Of a stretch of DNA of 64,000 nucleotides, positions 49,493-59,569 are shown piece after piece. The translations under genes and the position numbers were made by a program. The notes beneath the pieces were generated by a model, which worked only from the letters and a program-made list of their open reading frames with translations, was not told the DNA's origin and did not search any database. Source of the DNA: Anaeromyxobacteraceae bacterium (GTDB lineage Bacteria; Myxococcota; Myxococcia; Myxococcales; Anaeromyxobacteraceae); assembly GCA_047602405.1 (NCBI GenBank), contig JASGHJ010000001.1, positions 2,144,001-2,208,000 of the forward strand. Direction: 5' to 3'. How positions within the stretch are numbered: the stretch's first letter is position 1; each line of letters begins with the position of its first letter.

Positions 49493-51508
49493 CTACCAGA
49501 TCGCCGGGCGCTCCGCCTCGGGGCGCTTCATCGCGTCGCCGTCCTTGCAGCCGAAGGCCGTGTAGAACTCGGGCAGGTTCGCGACCGGCCCGAGCACGCG
49601 GTACTGGCCGGGGCTGTGGACGTCGGTCGCGAGCCGCACGCGGAGCGCCTCGTCGCGGATGTTGTTCCGCCAGACGTTCGCGTAGGAGAGGAAGAACCGC
49701 TGCCCGGGGGTGAGGTCGCCGACCTTCGGGGCCTGGTTGGGATCCTTCCCGAGCGCCTTCTCGAGCGCGGCCCAGGCGATCTTGAGCCCGCCGAGGTCGG
49801 CGATGTTCTCGCCGAGGGTGAGCTTGCCGTTGACGGACGCGTCGGGGAACGGCTTGAACGCGTCGAACTGCTTCACGACGAGCCCGGTGCGCCCCTCGTA
49901 GGCCTTCTTGTCGGCGTCGGTCCACCAGTTCTTGAGGTTGCCCTCGGCGTCGAACTGCGCGCCCTGGTCGTCGAAGCCGTGCGTCATCTCGTGGCCGATG
50001 ACCACGCCGATGCCGCCGTAGTTCACGGCGTCGTCGGCGTCCGGCCAGAAGAACGGCGGCTGCAGGATGCCGGCCGGGAAGACGATCTCGTTCATGTTCG
50101 GCGAGTAGTAGGCGTTCACGGTGGGCGGCGACATGCCCCACTCGGTGCGGTCGATGGGCTTGCCGAGCTTCGCGATCTCGCGCTTCGACTCGAAGGTCGA
50201 GGCGGCCTGCACGTTGTCGAGGTAGCCCGCGCGCTTCACGTCGAGCTTCGAGTAGTCGCGCCACCTGTCCGGATAGCCGATCTTCACGCCGAACGCGGCG
50301 AGCTTCTTCTGCGCGGCCGCCTTCGTCTCGGGGCTCATCCACGCGAGGCCGGCGATGCGCTCCGAGAGCGCCTTGCGCAGGTTCTCGACGAGCGTCTTCA
50401 TCCGCTCCTTCTGCGCGGGGCCGAACGCCTTCTCGACGTAGAGCTGCCCGAGGGCCTCGCCGAGGTTGCGGTCGACCACGCCCTGCACGCGCTTCCAGCG
50501 CGGCTCCTGCTGCTGGACGCCGTTGAGCGCCTTCCCGTAGAACTCGAAGCTCGCCTGGTCGAAGGCCTTCGAGAGGTAGGGCGCCGCGCCGCGGGCCGCG
50601 TGGAAGCGCAGGTAGGTGCGCCAGGTGGCGATGGGCTCCGAGCGCGTGAGCGCGGCGAAGGCCTTCGCGAACTCCGGCTGGCCGACGACGAGGTCCTGCG
50701 CCTTCGGGATGCCCTGCTTCCCGAGGAAGGTGGCCCACCCGTAGCCGGGGGCCTCCTGCTCGAGCTCGGCGAGGGTCCGCTTGTTGTAGTTCGCCTCCGG
50801 GTCACGGAGCGCGACGCGGGTGCGGGCGGCCTGGGCGAGCTTCGTCTCGAGCGCGATCACCGCGGCCGCGTCCTCGCGGGCCTGGCCCTCCTTCTCGCCG
50901 AGGAGCACGAAGAGCGTCGACACGAAGGTCGCGTACTTCTCGCGCAGCCCCTTCGAGCGGTCGTCGTCCTTGAGGTAGTAGTCGCGGTCGGGGAGCCCGA
51001 GGCCGCCCTGCCACAGCGTCGGCACGTAGCGGGTCGAGTCCTTGTCGTCCTGCCCGACGCCGAGCCCGATGCCGCCCGGCACGCCGGCGAGGCTCGCCTC
51101 CGCGAGGTAGGCCGGCAGGTCGTCCGCCGACTTCACCTTGTCGATCCGCGCGAGCCAGGGCTGGAGCGGCTTCGCCCCGGCCTTCTCGATCGCGTCCTCG
51201 TCCATGCCGGAGGCGAAGAAGTCGCCGACCTTCTGCTGGATGGATCCCTTCTTCCAGTCCTTCTTCGCGCTCGTCTCCTCGAGGATGGTCTTCAGGATGG
51301 CGCGGTTGCGCTCGGCGAGCTCCTCGAAGGCGCCGTAGCGCGCCTTGTCGGCGGGGATGGGGTTCGCCTTCTGCCAGCCGCCCACCGCGTGGTGGTAGAA
51401 GTCCTGGCAGGCGGGGACGGCGGGGTCGAGGTTCGCGGGGTCGATGGCCTGCCCGGCCGCGGGCGTCGCGGCCTGGAGCACGGCGAGGATCGGAAGCACG
51501 AGGGTCAC
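49493..51508 (-). CDS. M13 family metallopeptidase (neprilysin/PepO-like)
   Basis: CQDFY, VNAYY, HEMTHGFD, GENIAD. Confidence 0.95.
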   Translation of the reverse strand: MTLVLPILAVLQAATPAAGQAIDPANLDPAVPACQDFYHHAVGGWQKANPIPADKARYGAFEELAERNRAILKTILEETSAKKDWKKGSIQQKVGDFFASGMDEDAIEKAGAKPLQPWLARIDKVKSADDLPAYLAEASLAGVPGGIGLGVGQDDKDSTRYVPTLWQGGLGLPDRDYYLKDDDRSKGLREKYATFVSTLFVLLGEKEGQAREDAAAVIALETKLAQAARTRVALRDPEANYNKRTLAELEQEAPGYGWATFLGKQGIPKAQDLVVGQPEFAKAFAALTRSEPIATWRTYLRFHAARGAAPYLSKAFDQASFEFYGKALNGVQQQEPRWKRVQGVVDRNLGEALGQLYVEKAFGPAQKERMKTLVENLRKALSERIAGLAWMSPETKAAAQKKLAAFGVKIGYPDRWRDYSKLDVKRAGYLDNVQAASTFESKREIAKLGKPIDRTEWGMSPPTVNAYYSPNMNEIVFPAGILQPPFFWPDADDAVNYGGIGVVIGHEMTHGFDDQGAQFDAEGNLKNWWTDADKKAYEGRTGLVVKQFDAFKPFPDASVNGKLTLGENIADLGGLKIAWAALEKALGKDPNQAPKVGDLTPGQRFFLSYANVWRNNIRDEALRVRLATDVHSPGQYRVLGPVANLPEFYTAFGCKDGDAMKRPEAERPAIW

Positions 51509-51600
51509 GGGTGTCTGGCTCCTTCCGGGGTGAACGGACGCCGGAATCTAAGCGAGACCCGAGGGACGCGCCCGTGACCGGGCCGGGGTAAGAATGGCCC

Positions 51601-52950
51601 ATGCGGACCGTCCGGCCCCCCGGCCCCCGCACCCTGAACCCGCTCGGCAGCTACCTGCCGTTCGCGCGCGACCCTCTGGGCTTCCTCGATCGGGTCCGGC
51701 GCGAGCACGGGCCGGTGGCCCGCTTCCGGATGGGCCCCATCCGCATCTGGCTCGTCGCCGAGCCGGAGCTCATCCGGGAGGTCCTCGTGGTGCGCGCGGG
51801 GAGCGTGAGGAAGCCGCGCGGCCTCGAGGCGGCCAAGGTCGTCCTCGGCGAGGGGCTCCTCACCTCCGACGGCGAGCCCTGGCGGCGGCGTCGCCGGCTC
51901 GCGCAGCCGGGCTTCCACGCCGAGCGCCTGCGGGCGTACGCGGCGGTGATGGCCCGCCGGGTTCGCGAGCGCGTGACGCGCTGGAAGCAGGGCGAGGTCC
52001 TCGACGCCTCCGCCGAGATGGCCCGGCTCGCGCTCGAGATCGTGGCCGAGGCACTGTTCGGCCAGGACCGGGTCGACGAGATCGAGCCCGCCGCGGCGGC
52101 GGTGTCGGAGGCGGTGGACGCGTTCCGCATCGGCCGGATCCCGATCGCGAAGCTGCTCGACCGGCTGCCCATCCCCGCGACGCGCCGGCTCCACGCCGCC
52201 CGGGACACGCTCGACACCATCGTCTACCGGTTCATCGCCGACCGGCGGGCGCGGCCGGGCGACGACCTCCTCTCGCTCCTGCTCGCGGCGAGGGACGAGG
52301 AGGGCGGGGCAGGGCTCACCGACCGGGAGGTGCGCGACGAGGTGATGACGCTGTTCCTCGCCGGCCACGAGACCACCGCGAACGCGCTCGCCTGGGCGAT
52401 CGATCTCGTCGGGCGCGACCCGGGCGTGCGGGAGCGCCTCGAGGCGGAGGTGGACCGGGCCGGCGACCTCGCGGAGGTCGCGCTCGCCGGAGCGGCCCCG
52501 GGCGTCGCGGGCCCGCTCGAGCTCACGCGCCGCGTGGTCACCGAGACCCTGCGCCTGCGGCCCCCCGCCTGGAACGTGGCCCGCTCCGCCGTCGAGGACT
52601 TCCCGCTCGGCCCGTACACGGTGCGCGCCCGGGACACCGTCGTGACGCCGCAGTGGGTCGTCCACCGCGACGCGCGGTTCTTCCCGGAGCCGGAGCGCTT
52701 CCTGCCCGACCGCTGGTCGGCGGAGGGCCGCGCCGCGCTCCCCCGGCTCGCCTACTTTCCCTTCGGCGCGGGGCCGCGGCAGTGCATCGGGGAGGCCTTC
52801 GCCTGGGCCGAGGCGACGATCGCGCTCGCCGCGATCGCGCGCGAGGTGCGGCTCCTGCCCGTCTCGCCCGCGCCGCCCCCTCCGGTGCCGCGCATCACGC
52901 TCCGTCCGGGCGGAGGCGTGCCGGTCCGGGTCGAGCGGCGCCGGGGCTGA
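51601..52950 (+). CDS. cytochrome P450
   Basis: AGHETT, ETLR, PERF, FGAGPRQCIG heme motif. Confidence 0.96.
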   Translation: MRTVRPPGPRTLNPLGSYLPFARDPLGFLDRVRREHGPVARFRMGPIRIWLVAEPELIREVLVVRAGSVRKPRGLEAAKVVLGEGLLTSDGEPWRRRRRLAQPGFHAERLRAYAAVMARRVRERVTRWKQGEVLDASAEMARLALEIVAEALFGQDRVDEIEPAAAAVSEAVDAFRIGRIPIAKLLDRLPIPATRRLHAARDTLDTIVYRFIADRRARPGDDLLSLLLAARDEEGGAGLTDREVRDEVMTLFLAGHETTANALAWAIDLVGRDPGVRERLEAEVDRAGDLAEVALAGAAPGVAGPLELTRRVVTETLRLRPPAWNVARSAVEDFPLGPYTVRARDTVVTPQWVVHRDARFFPEPERFLPDRWSAEGRAALPRLAYFPFGAGPRQCIGEAFAWAEATIALAAIAREVRLLPVSPAPPPPVPRITLRPGGGVPVRVERRRG

Positions 52951-53093
52951 GGGGACCGGGGCAGGGCGCGCTCGCTCGGGTGGCTCCCCGCGCGGGCAGA
53001 TGTCGCACCATTGCCGGCCGCCGGGACGGGCCCGACCTTCCCTCGTGCCGCCCGGACCGTCCGGGCGTCCGGAACCCCCACAGGAGAGCACCC

Positions 53094-53558
53094 ATGATCC
53101 ACCGGTTCGCGATGGTCCTGGCTGCGCTGTCCCTCGTCGTCGCCGCGCCCGCGTTCGGGCAGAGCGGCACGACGGGAGGCACGGCGTCGTCGAAGTCGAA
53201 GTCCCACAAGGCGTCGAAGTCCGCGAGCGCGCACCACTGCATGAAGGACGGGCAGATGGTCTCGACCGCGAAGACCGCCAAGGCCTGCAAGGCCGCGGGC
53301 GGCGAGTGGATGAAGGCGGACGGCTCGATGGGCTCGTCCGGCACCGGCTCGACCGGCATGTCCGGCAGCACGAGCGGCGGCTCCACCGGGACCGGCATGT
53401 CCGGCACCGAGTCCGGCACCGGCATGTCGGGCAGCGGGAGCGGCACGTCCGGCAGCTCCTCCGGGACGAGCGGCGCCACGGGCCCGACCGGCGCCACCGG
53501 CTCCGCGCCGGGCACGGACAACCCGGGGACCGGCGCGGGCACGACCGAGAAGCCGTGA
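53094..53558 (+). CDS. secreted protein with a small Cys-pair domain and Gly/Ser/Thr-rich tail
   Basis: AGGAG RBS, signal peptide (APAFG), HCMKDG...ACKAAGGEW, GSTGMSG-type repeats. Confidence 0.75.
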   Translation: MIHRFAMVLAALSLVVAAPAFGQSGTTGGTASSKSKSHKASKSASAHHCMKDGQMVSTAKTAKACKAAGGEWMKADGSMGSSGTGSTGMSGSTSGGSTGTGMSGTESGTGMSGSGSGTSGSSSGTSGATGPTGATGSAPGTDNPGTGAGTTEKP

Positions 53559-53573
53559 CCGGCGGGGCGGCCG

Positions 53574-54689
53574 TCAGCCGACCGCCGCCCCGAACAGCCG
53601 GCCCACCGCGTAGGTGATGCCGGCGGCGAGGGCCGCGAGCCCGACCATCCGGCCGGCGCTCGCGACCATGCTCGTGCCGGAGAGGAAGCCGACGAGCGCG
53701 CCGACGCCGGCGAGCACGAAGCCGGCGAGCCCGGCGGCGAGCGAGATGGCGGGCGTGCCGGTCGTGAAGAGGAACGGCAGCACCGGCACGAACGCGCCGA
53801 CCGAGAAGAGCAGGAACGACGACAGCGCCGCGCCGACGGGCGAGCCGAGGTCCGCCGGGTCGAGGCCGAGCTCCTCGCGCACGAGGGTGTCGGCGGCGCT
53901 CGCCGGGTTCTTCATGAGCTCCGCGGCGGTGCGGCTCGCCTGCTCGGTCGAGAGCCCCTTCTGCTTGAAGATCAGGGCGAGCTCGGCGGCCTCCTCCTCG
54001 GGGGCCTCCTCGATCTCGCGCTGCTCGAGCGCGATCTGCCGCCGGAGGAGGTCGCGCTGCGAGGCGACCGAGGTGTACTCGCCGGCCGCCATCGAGAACG
54101 CGCCCGCGAGCAGGCCCGCGAAGCCGGTGACGACCACGGTGTCCGGCGCGACGCCGGCGCCGGCGACGCCGAGGATGAGCGACAGGTTGGAGAGCAGTCC
54201 GTCGTTCATGCCGAAGATCGCGGCGCGCACGTTGCCGGCGCCGCGGCCGGCGCGGTGCCAGCGCTCGCGCACGGCGATGAGGTCGCGGGCGTCCTTCGGA
54301 TCGCCCTGGCTCATGCCCACGAGCGACTGGCGATGCGCGCGCTCCTCGGCGGCGAGCGCGGTGGCGTCGCCGCCCTGCTCCTCGTACTTGTCGGCGTCGC
54401 CGGCCTCGGCCTCGAGGATCATCGGGACGACCGCGGCCGAGCCGAGGCGGCGCGCGAGCCAGACCAGCGCGCGCACGCGCGAGCTCGGCCGGTCCGCGGG
54501 GATGGCGACCCCCTCCTTCTCGAGCTTCCTCAGCCAGACCTCGGCGTGCCGGCGCTCGGCGGCGGCGAGCTCCAGGAACTCCTTCGCGCGGGCCTCGTCC
54601 TTCTCGTGGCGGGCGAGCCCCTCGTAGAGCGCCGCGCCGTCGCGCTCGTCGAGGAGGTTCTGCAGCCACAGGTCGGTCCGCGGGTTCAT
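53574..54689 (-). CDS. VIT1/CCC1 transporter with rubrerythrin-like N-terminus
   Basis: ExxH motifs (ERRH, ERAH), RAAIFGMNDGL, AGAFSMAAGEY.SV.SQ. Confidence 0.92.
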   Translation of the reverse strand: MNPRTDLWLQNLLDERDGAALYEGLARHEKDEARAKEFLELAAAERRHAEVWLRKLEKEGVAIPADRPSSRVRALVWLARRLGSAAVVPMILEAEAGDADKYEEQGGDATALAAEERAHRQSLVGMSQGDPKDARDLIAVRERWHRAGRGAGNVRAAIFGMNDGLLSNLSLILGVAGAGVAPDTVVVTGFAGLLAGAFSMAAGEYTSVASQRDLLRRQIALEQREIEEAPEEEAAELALIFKQKGLSTEQASRTAAELMKNPASAADTLVREELGLDPADLGSPVGAALSSFLLFSVGAFVPVLPFLFTTGTPAISLAAGLAGFVLAGVGALVGFLSGTSMVASAGRMVGLAALAAGITYAVGRLFGAAVG

Positions 54690-54755
54690 CCGGCGGAATC
54701 TAGCAGGGCGGCCCGCCCACCGACCTCGAAAGCGCGATCGAGACCGTGTCCTCCC

Positions 54756-54784
54756 TCGCCTCGGCAGGGGCGTCCCGCTACAAT
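54756..54784 (+). promoter_or_regulatory. putative sigma-70 promoter of the his operon
   Basis: TCGCCT-N17-TACAAT, ~10 nt before the hisD GTG. Confidence 0.45.
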
Positions 54785-54794
54785 CGCCGGTCCC

Positions 54795-56114
54795 GTGCAG
54801 CGATTCGACACCACCGAGATCGATTTCAAGGACCGCTGGGCCCGCCTCTGCGCCCGCGGGTCCGACGAGGACGAGGCGCCCGTCCGCGCGGCCGCCCAGG
54901 CCATCGTCGACGACGTGCGCGCCCGCGGCGACGCGGCGCTCGTCGAGGCCACCCGCCGCTTCGACGGCTGGGACCCGGGGACCGCCTCCGGGCTCGTCCT
55001 CGGCAAGGCCGAGTTCAGGGCCGCCCACGCCGCCCTGCCGGCGGAGGGCCGGCGCGCGCTCGCGCTCGCCGCGCGGCGCATCGCCGACTTCCACCGCCGC
55101 GAGCGCGACGCCGAGGTGCCGTCCCGGCGCGACGCCGTCGGCGCGACGCTCGCGCAGGTGGTCCGGCCGCTCGCGCGCGTCGGGCTCTACGTGCCGGGCG
55201 GCACCGCCCGCTACCCGTCGTCCGTGCTCATGACCGCCATCCCGGCGAAGGTCGCCGGCGTGAAGGAGGTCGTCGTCTGCTCGCCCGGCGTGAAGGGCAC
55301 GGGCGAGATGGACCGGTGGACCCTCGCCGCCTGCCACGTCGCCGGCGTCTCGACGCTCGTGCGCGCGGGCGGCGCGCAGGCGGTCGCGGCGATGGCGTAC
55401 GGCACCGCGACCGTGCCCGCCGTCGACAAGATCTGCGGCCCGGGCAACGCCTACGTCGCCGCCGCGAAGCGGATCGTCTTCGGCAAGGTCGACATCGACA
55501 TGATCGCCGGGCCGAGCGAGATCCTCGTGCTCGCCGACGCGAAGGCCGATCCGGCCGAGGTCGCGGCCGACCTCATCGCCCAGGCGGAGCACGACGTGCG
55601 CGCGGTCGCGGTGCTCGTCACGACCTCCGCGGCGCTGCGCGACGCGGCCCTCGCCGAGGTGGACCGGCAGCTCGCCGCGCTGCCCCGCCGCCAGATCGCC
55701 GAGGCCTCGCTGCGCGACCGCGGCGCGGCGGTGGTGGCGAGGACCCTCGCCGAGGCGACCGCGCTCGCCGACGACTTCGCCCCCGAGCACCTCGCGCTGC
55801 ACGCCGCGAACGCGGCCCGGCTCGTGCCGAAGCTGTCGCGCGCGGGCGCCGTGTTCGTGGGCACGAGCACGCCGGAGGCGGTCGGCGACTACCTCGCCGG
55901 CCCCTCGCACGTCCTCCCCACCGCGGGCACCGCCCGCTTCGCCTCGCCGCTCTCGGTCGCGACCTTCCGCCGCCGCATGAGCGTGCTCGACCTCACGCCG
56001 CGCGCCCTCGCGAGGCTCGCGCCGGCGGTCGAGGCGCTCGCCACCGCCGAGGGGCTCGTCGGCCACTGGCGGGCGGTCGAGGTGCGGGTGAACAAGAAGG
56101 GGAAGAAGCGATGA
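54795..56114 (+). CDS. hisD: histidinol dehydrogenase
   Basis: GLYVPGG, GPGNAYV, IDMIAGPSE, QAEHD, APEHL, GPSHVLPT. Confidence 0.96.
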   Translation: MQRFDTTEIDFKDRWARLCARGSDEDEAPVRAAAQAIVDDVRARGDAALVEATRRFDGWDPGTASGLVLGKAEFRAAHAALPAEGRRALALAARRIADFHRRERDAEVPSRRDAVGATLAQVVRPLARVGLYVPGGTARYPSSVLMTAIPAKVAGVKEVVVCSPGVKGTGEMDRWTLAACHVAGVSTLVRAGGAQAVAAMAYGTATVPAVDKICGPGNAYVAAAKRIVFGKVDIDMIAGPSEILVLADAKADPAEVAADLIAQAEHDVRAVAVLVTTSAALRDAALAEVDRQLAALPRRQIAEASLRDRGAAVVARTLAEATALADDFAPEHLALHAANAARLVPKLSRAGAVFVGTSTPEAVGDYLAGPSHVLPTAGTARFASPLSVATFRRRMSVLDLTPRALARLAPAVEALATAEGLVGHWRAVEVRVNKKGKKR

Positions 56115-56719
56115 AGACCGCGAAGCCGAAGGGGCAACCCCGCCGCGGCGCCGTCGCCCGGAAGACGAAGGAGACCGAGATCGCGGTCGACCTCCGGCTC
56201 GAGCCCGGCGACGCCGCCATCTCGACGGGGCTCCCGTTCTTCGATCACATGCTCGAGCAGATCTCGCGCCACGGCGGGATGGCGCTCGCCGTGAGGGCGA
56301 AGGGCGACCTCCACATCGACGCCCACCACACGGTCGAGGACGTCGGCATCGCGCTCGGCGAGGCGCTCCGCCAGGCGGTCGCCGACAAGGCGGGCCTCGC
56401 CCGCTACGGTCACGCGGTGGTCCCGCTCGACGAGGCGCTCGCGGAGGTGGTGGTCGACCTCTCCGGCCGCCCGCACCTCACCTTCAACGCCGGCCTGCCG
56501 AAGGGGAAGAAGTTCATCGGCGGCTTCGACGTGGACCTCACCGAGGACTTCTTCCAGGCCCTCGTGAACCACGCCCGCATCACCGTCCACGTGAACGTGC
56601 GGTACGGCCGCAACCTGCACCACGTGGTCGAGGCGATCTTCAAGGCGGCCGCCCGCGCGCTGCGCGCGGCGACCACGAAGCAGGGCGAGGGCGTGCCCTC
56701 GACGAAGGGCACCCTGTGA
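56111..56719 (+). CDS. hisB: imidazoleglycerol-phosphate dehydratase
   Basis: DAHHTVED, NLHHVVEAIFKA, PSTKGTL. Confidence 0.97.
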   Translation: MKTAKPKGQPRRGAVARKTKETEIAVDLRLEPGDAAISTGLPFFDHMLEQISRHGGMALAVRAKGDLHIDAHHTVEDVGIALGEALRQAVADKAGLARYGHAVVPLDEALAEVVVDLSGRPHLTFNAGLPKGKKFIGGFDVDLTEDFFQALVNHARITVHVNVRYGRNLHHVVEAIFKAAARALRAATTKQGEGVPSTKGTL

Positions 56720-56732
56720 CCGGAGCTCGTCC

Positions 56733-57344
56733 GTGACCCGCCCGCCGGGCACCATCGCGCTCGTCGACTACGGCGCCGGCAACCTGCGCTCGGTCGAGAA
56801 CGCCTGCCGGGAGGTGGGCGCGAAGGTCGTCGTGACGCGCGACCCCGAGGTCGTCCGGACGGCGGACCGGGTGGTCGTGCCCGGGCAGGGCTCGATGCCG
56901 GAGTGCGCCGAGGCGATGCGCCGGAGCGGCGTCGCCGACGCGCTCCGCGACGCCGTCGCGCGCGGCACGCCCACCCTCGGCATCTGTGTGGGGCTCCAGA
57001 TCCTGTTCGAGGCGGGCGAGGAGGCGGGCGGCGCGAAGGGCCTGGGCCTCGTGCCCGGGACCATCCGCCGGCTGCCCGCGGGCGTGAAGCTCCCGAACAT
57101 CGGCTGGTGCCCGGTCCGGCTCGTGCGCGACGTGCCGCTCTTCCGCCCCATGGACGGCCAGCACGTCTACTTCGCGCACTCCTACGCGGCCGAGGCCGGC
57201 GCGCCCGGCGCGGCGCTCGTCACGACCCACGGCGTCGAGTACTGCGCGGCGCTGGCGAAGGACAACCTCTACGCGGTGCAGTTCCACCCGGAGAAGAGCC
57301 AGGCCGTCGGGCTCGCCCTCCTGCGCCGCTTCGTGGAGCTCTAG
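56733..57344 (+). CDS. hisH: IGP synthase glutamine amidotransferase subunit
   Basis: DYGAGNL, GICVGLQ, QFHPEKS. Confidence 0.96.
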   Translation: MTRPPGTIALVDYGAGNLRSVENACREVGAKVVVTRDPEVVRTADRVVVPGQGSMPECAEAMRRSGVADALRDAVARGTPTLGICVGLQILFEAGEEAGGAKGLGLVPGTIRRLPAGVKLPNIGWCPVRLVRDVPLFRPMDGQHVYFAHSYAAEAGAPGAALVTTHGVEYCAALAKDNLYAVQFHPEKSQAVGLALLRRFVEL

Positions 57345-58110
57345 ATGCTCGTCATCCCGGCGATCGATCTCATGGGCGGCGAGGTGGTCCGCCTCGAGAA
57401 GGGCGACTTCGCGACGAAGAAGGTCTACGCGCGCCGGCCCGCCGAGGCGGCCCGCGACCTCGTGGCGAAGGGCGCCCGGCTCCTGCACGTGGTCGACCTC
57501 GACGGCGCGAAGGCGGGCTGGCCGGTCAACCTCGACGCGGTCCGCGAGATTCTGCGCGGTGCCCGGCGTGGAGGTCGAGCTCGGCGGCGGGCTGCGCAGC
57601 CTGCCCGACCTCGAGGCCGTGCTCGCGCTCGGCGTCCACCACGTGGTGCTCGGCACCGCCGCGGTGGAGCGGCTCGACCTCGTCGAGCAGGCCTGCCGGC
57701 GGTTCCCGGGCAAGGTCCGCTGCGGCATCGACGCCCGGAACGGCGAGGTGAAGGTCGCCGGCTGGCTCGAGGGCACCGGCCTCAAGGTCGAGGACGTGGC
57801 GCGCAAGGTGAAGGCCGCCGGCGTCTCGATCGTGGAGTACACCGACGTGGGCCGCGACGGCATGTTCACCGGCGTCGACGCCGAGGGCGCCGCGCGCGTC
57901 GCGGCCGCGGCCGGCGTCGAGGTGGTGGCCTCCGGCGGCGTCGCCTCGCTCGCCGACATCGAGGCCTGCCGCGCGGCGAACCTGTACGGCGTCATCGTGG
58001 GGAAGGCGCTCTACGAGGGGCGCATCGACCTCGTGGACGCCTTGAAGGTCGCCGCGGGCGGGCCCCTCGACGGGGCGGACGGCCTCCCGGTCGAGGAGAA
58101 GGGGTCCTAG
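57345..58110 (+). pseudogene. hisA: HisA isomerase, +1 frameshift at ~57550 (possibly a sequencing error)
   Basis: IPAIDL...HVVDLDGA in one frame; GGGLR...TDVGRDG...ASGGV...GKALY in the next; span 766 nt = 3n+1. Confidence 0.85.
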
Positions 58111-58113
58111 CCG

Positions 58114-58897
58114 ATGCCCGCGAAGCGCATCATCCCCTGCCTCGACGTGAAGAACGGCCGCGTCGTGAAGGGGATCAACTTCAAGAACCTGCGCGACGCG
58201 GGAGACCCCGTCGAGGCCGCCGCACGCTACGACCAGCAGGGCGCCGACGAGGTCACCTACCTCGACATCGCCGCCACGCAGGAGAACCGCGGTACGCTCG
58301 TCGACCTCGTCTCCCGCACCGCGGCGCGCGTGTTCGCCCCGCTCACGGTCGGCGGCGGGGTCCGGTCCGAGGCGGACTTCGTCGGGCTCCTCCACGCCGG
58401 CGCCGACAAGGTCTCGGTGAACTCGTCGGCGGTGTCGGACCCCGGCCTCGTCGACCGGCTCTCGCGCATCGCGGGCGCCCAGGCGCTCGTGGTCGCCGTC
58501 GACGTGAAGCGCCGCGCGGGCGCCTCGCCAGCGCAGTGGGAGGTGTTCGTCGCGGGCGGCACGCGGCCCACCGGCAAGGAGGGCGTCGCCTGGTGCAGGG
58601 AGGTCGCCGATCGCGGCTGTGGCGAGATCCTGCTCACCTCGATGGACCGCGACGGCACGCTCGCCGGCTACGACCTCGAGCTCCTCGAGAAGGTCCTGCA
58701 GGGCCGTGACGGTCCCGGTCATCGCCTCCGGCGGGGTCGGCACGCTCGAGCACCTCGCCCAGGGGCTCGAGATCGCCGACGCGGCGCTCGCGGCCTCCAT
58801 CTTCCACGACGGGAAGCACACCGTGGGCGAGGCGAAGGCCTTCCTCAGGGCGCGCGGCGTGGACGTGCGGCCCGTGCCCGGGGAGGGGGCGCCGTGA
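58114..58897 (+). pseudogene. hisF: HisF cyclase, +1 frameshift at ~58696 (possibly a sequencing error)
   Basis: KRIIPCLDV...[13 protein letters not shown] in one frame; VPVIASGG...ALAASIFH in the next; span 784 nt = 3n+1. Confidence 0.85.
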
Positions 58898-59376
58898 ACG
58901 CCGGCCTCGAGAAGCTCCTCGCCCGCGTGAAGTACGACGCCCGCGGCCTCGTGCCGGTGGTGGCCCAGGAGCTCGACGGCACGGTGCTCATGGTGGCCTG
59001 GGCGAACGCCGAGGCCCTCCGGATGACCGTCGAGACCGGGAAGGCCACCTACTGGTCCCGCAGCCGCCGGGCGCTCTGGGTGAAGGGCGACACCTCCGGG
59101 CACTTCCAGGCCGTGCGCGAGCTCGCGCTCGACTGCGACGGCGACACGGTGCTCTACCGGGTCGCGCAGACCGGCCCGGCATGTCACACCGGCGAGCGCA
59201 GTTGCTTCTTCGAAAGGCAGGAGCTTCCATGGCAGACGAGCGCTTCCTCGCCCAGCTCTGGGCCACGATCGAGTCGCGCAAGGCCGACGGCGCGCCGCCG
59301 GAGAGCTACACCCGCAAGCTCCTCGACAACCCCGCCAAGATCCGGCGGAAGGTCATCGAGGAAGCGTACGAGGTGA
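58894..59376 (+). CDS. hisI: phosphoribosyl-AMP cyclohydrolase (tail overlaps hisE)
   Basis: [31 protein letters not shown]. Confidence 0.9.
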   Translation: MNAGLEKLLARVKYDARGLVPVVAQELDGTVLMVAWANAEALRMTVETGKATYWSRSRRALWVKGDTSGHFQAVRELALDCDGDTVLYRVAQTGPACHTGERSCFFERQELPWQTSASSPSSGPRSSRARPTARRRRATPASSSTTPPRSGGRSSRKRTR

Positions 59377-59546
59377 ACGAGGCCCACCAGGGCCTGCAGG
59401 CGGGCAAGGACACGAAGGACCACGTGGCCGAGGAGGCCGCGGACGTCCTGTTCCACCTGTTCGTGCTGCTCGCCTCGGTCGACGTGACGCCGAACGAGGT
59501 CTTCGCGGTCCTCGAGCGGCGGCACGGGGCGCCGCGGCGGGGCTGA
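59229..59546 (+). CDS. hisE: phosphoribosyl-ATP pyrophosphatase
   Basis: [21 protein letters not shown]; own AGGAG RBS. Confidence 0.92.
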   Translation: MADERFLAQLWATIESRKADGAPPESYTRKLLDNPAKIRRKVIEEAYEVNEAHQGLQAGKDTKDHVAEEAADVLFHLFVLLASVDVTPNEVFAVLERRHGAPRRG

Positions 59547-59569
59547 GCGCGCGGCGCACGGGGAGGCGT

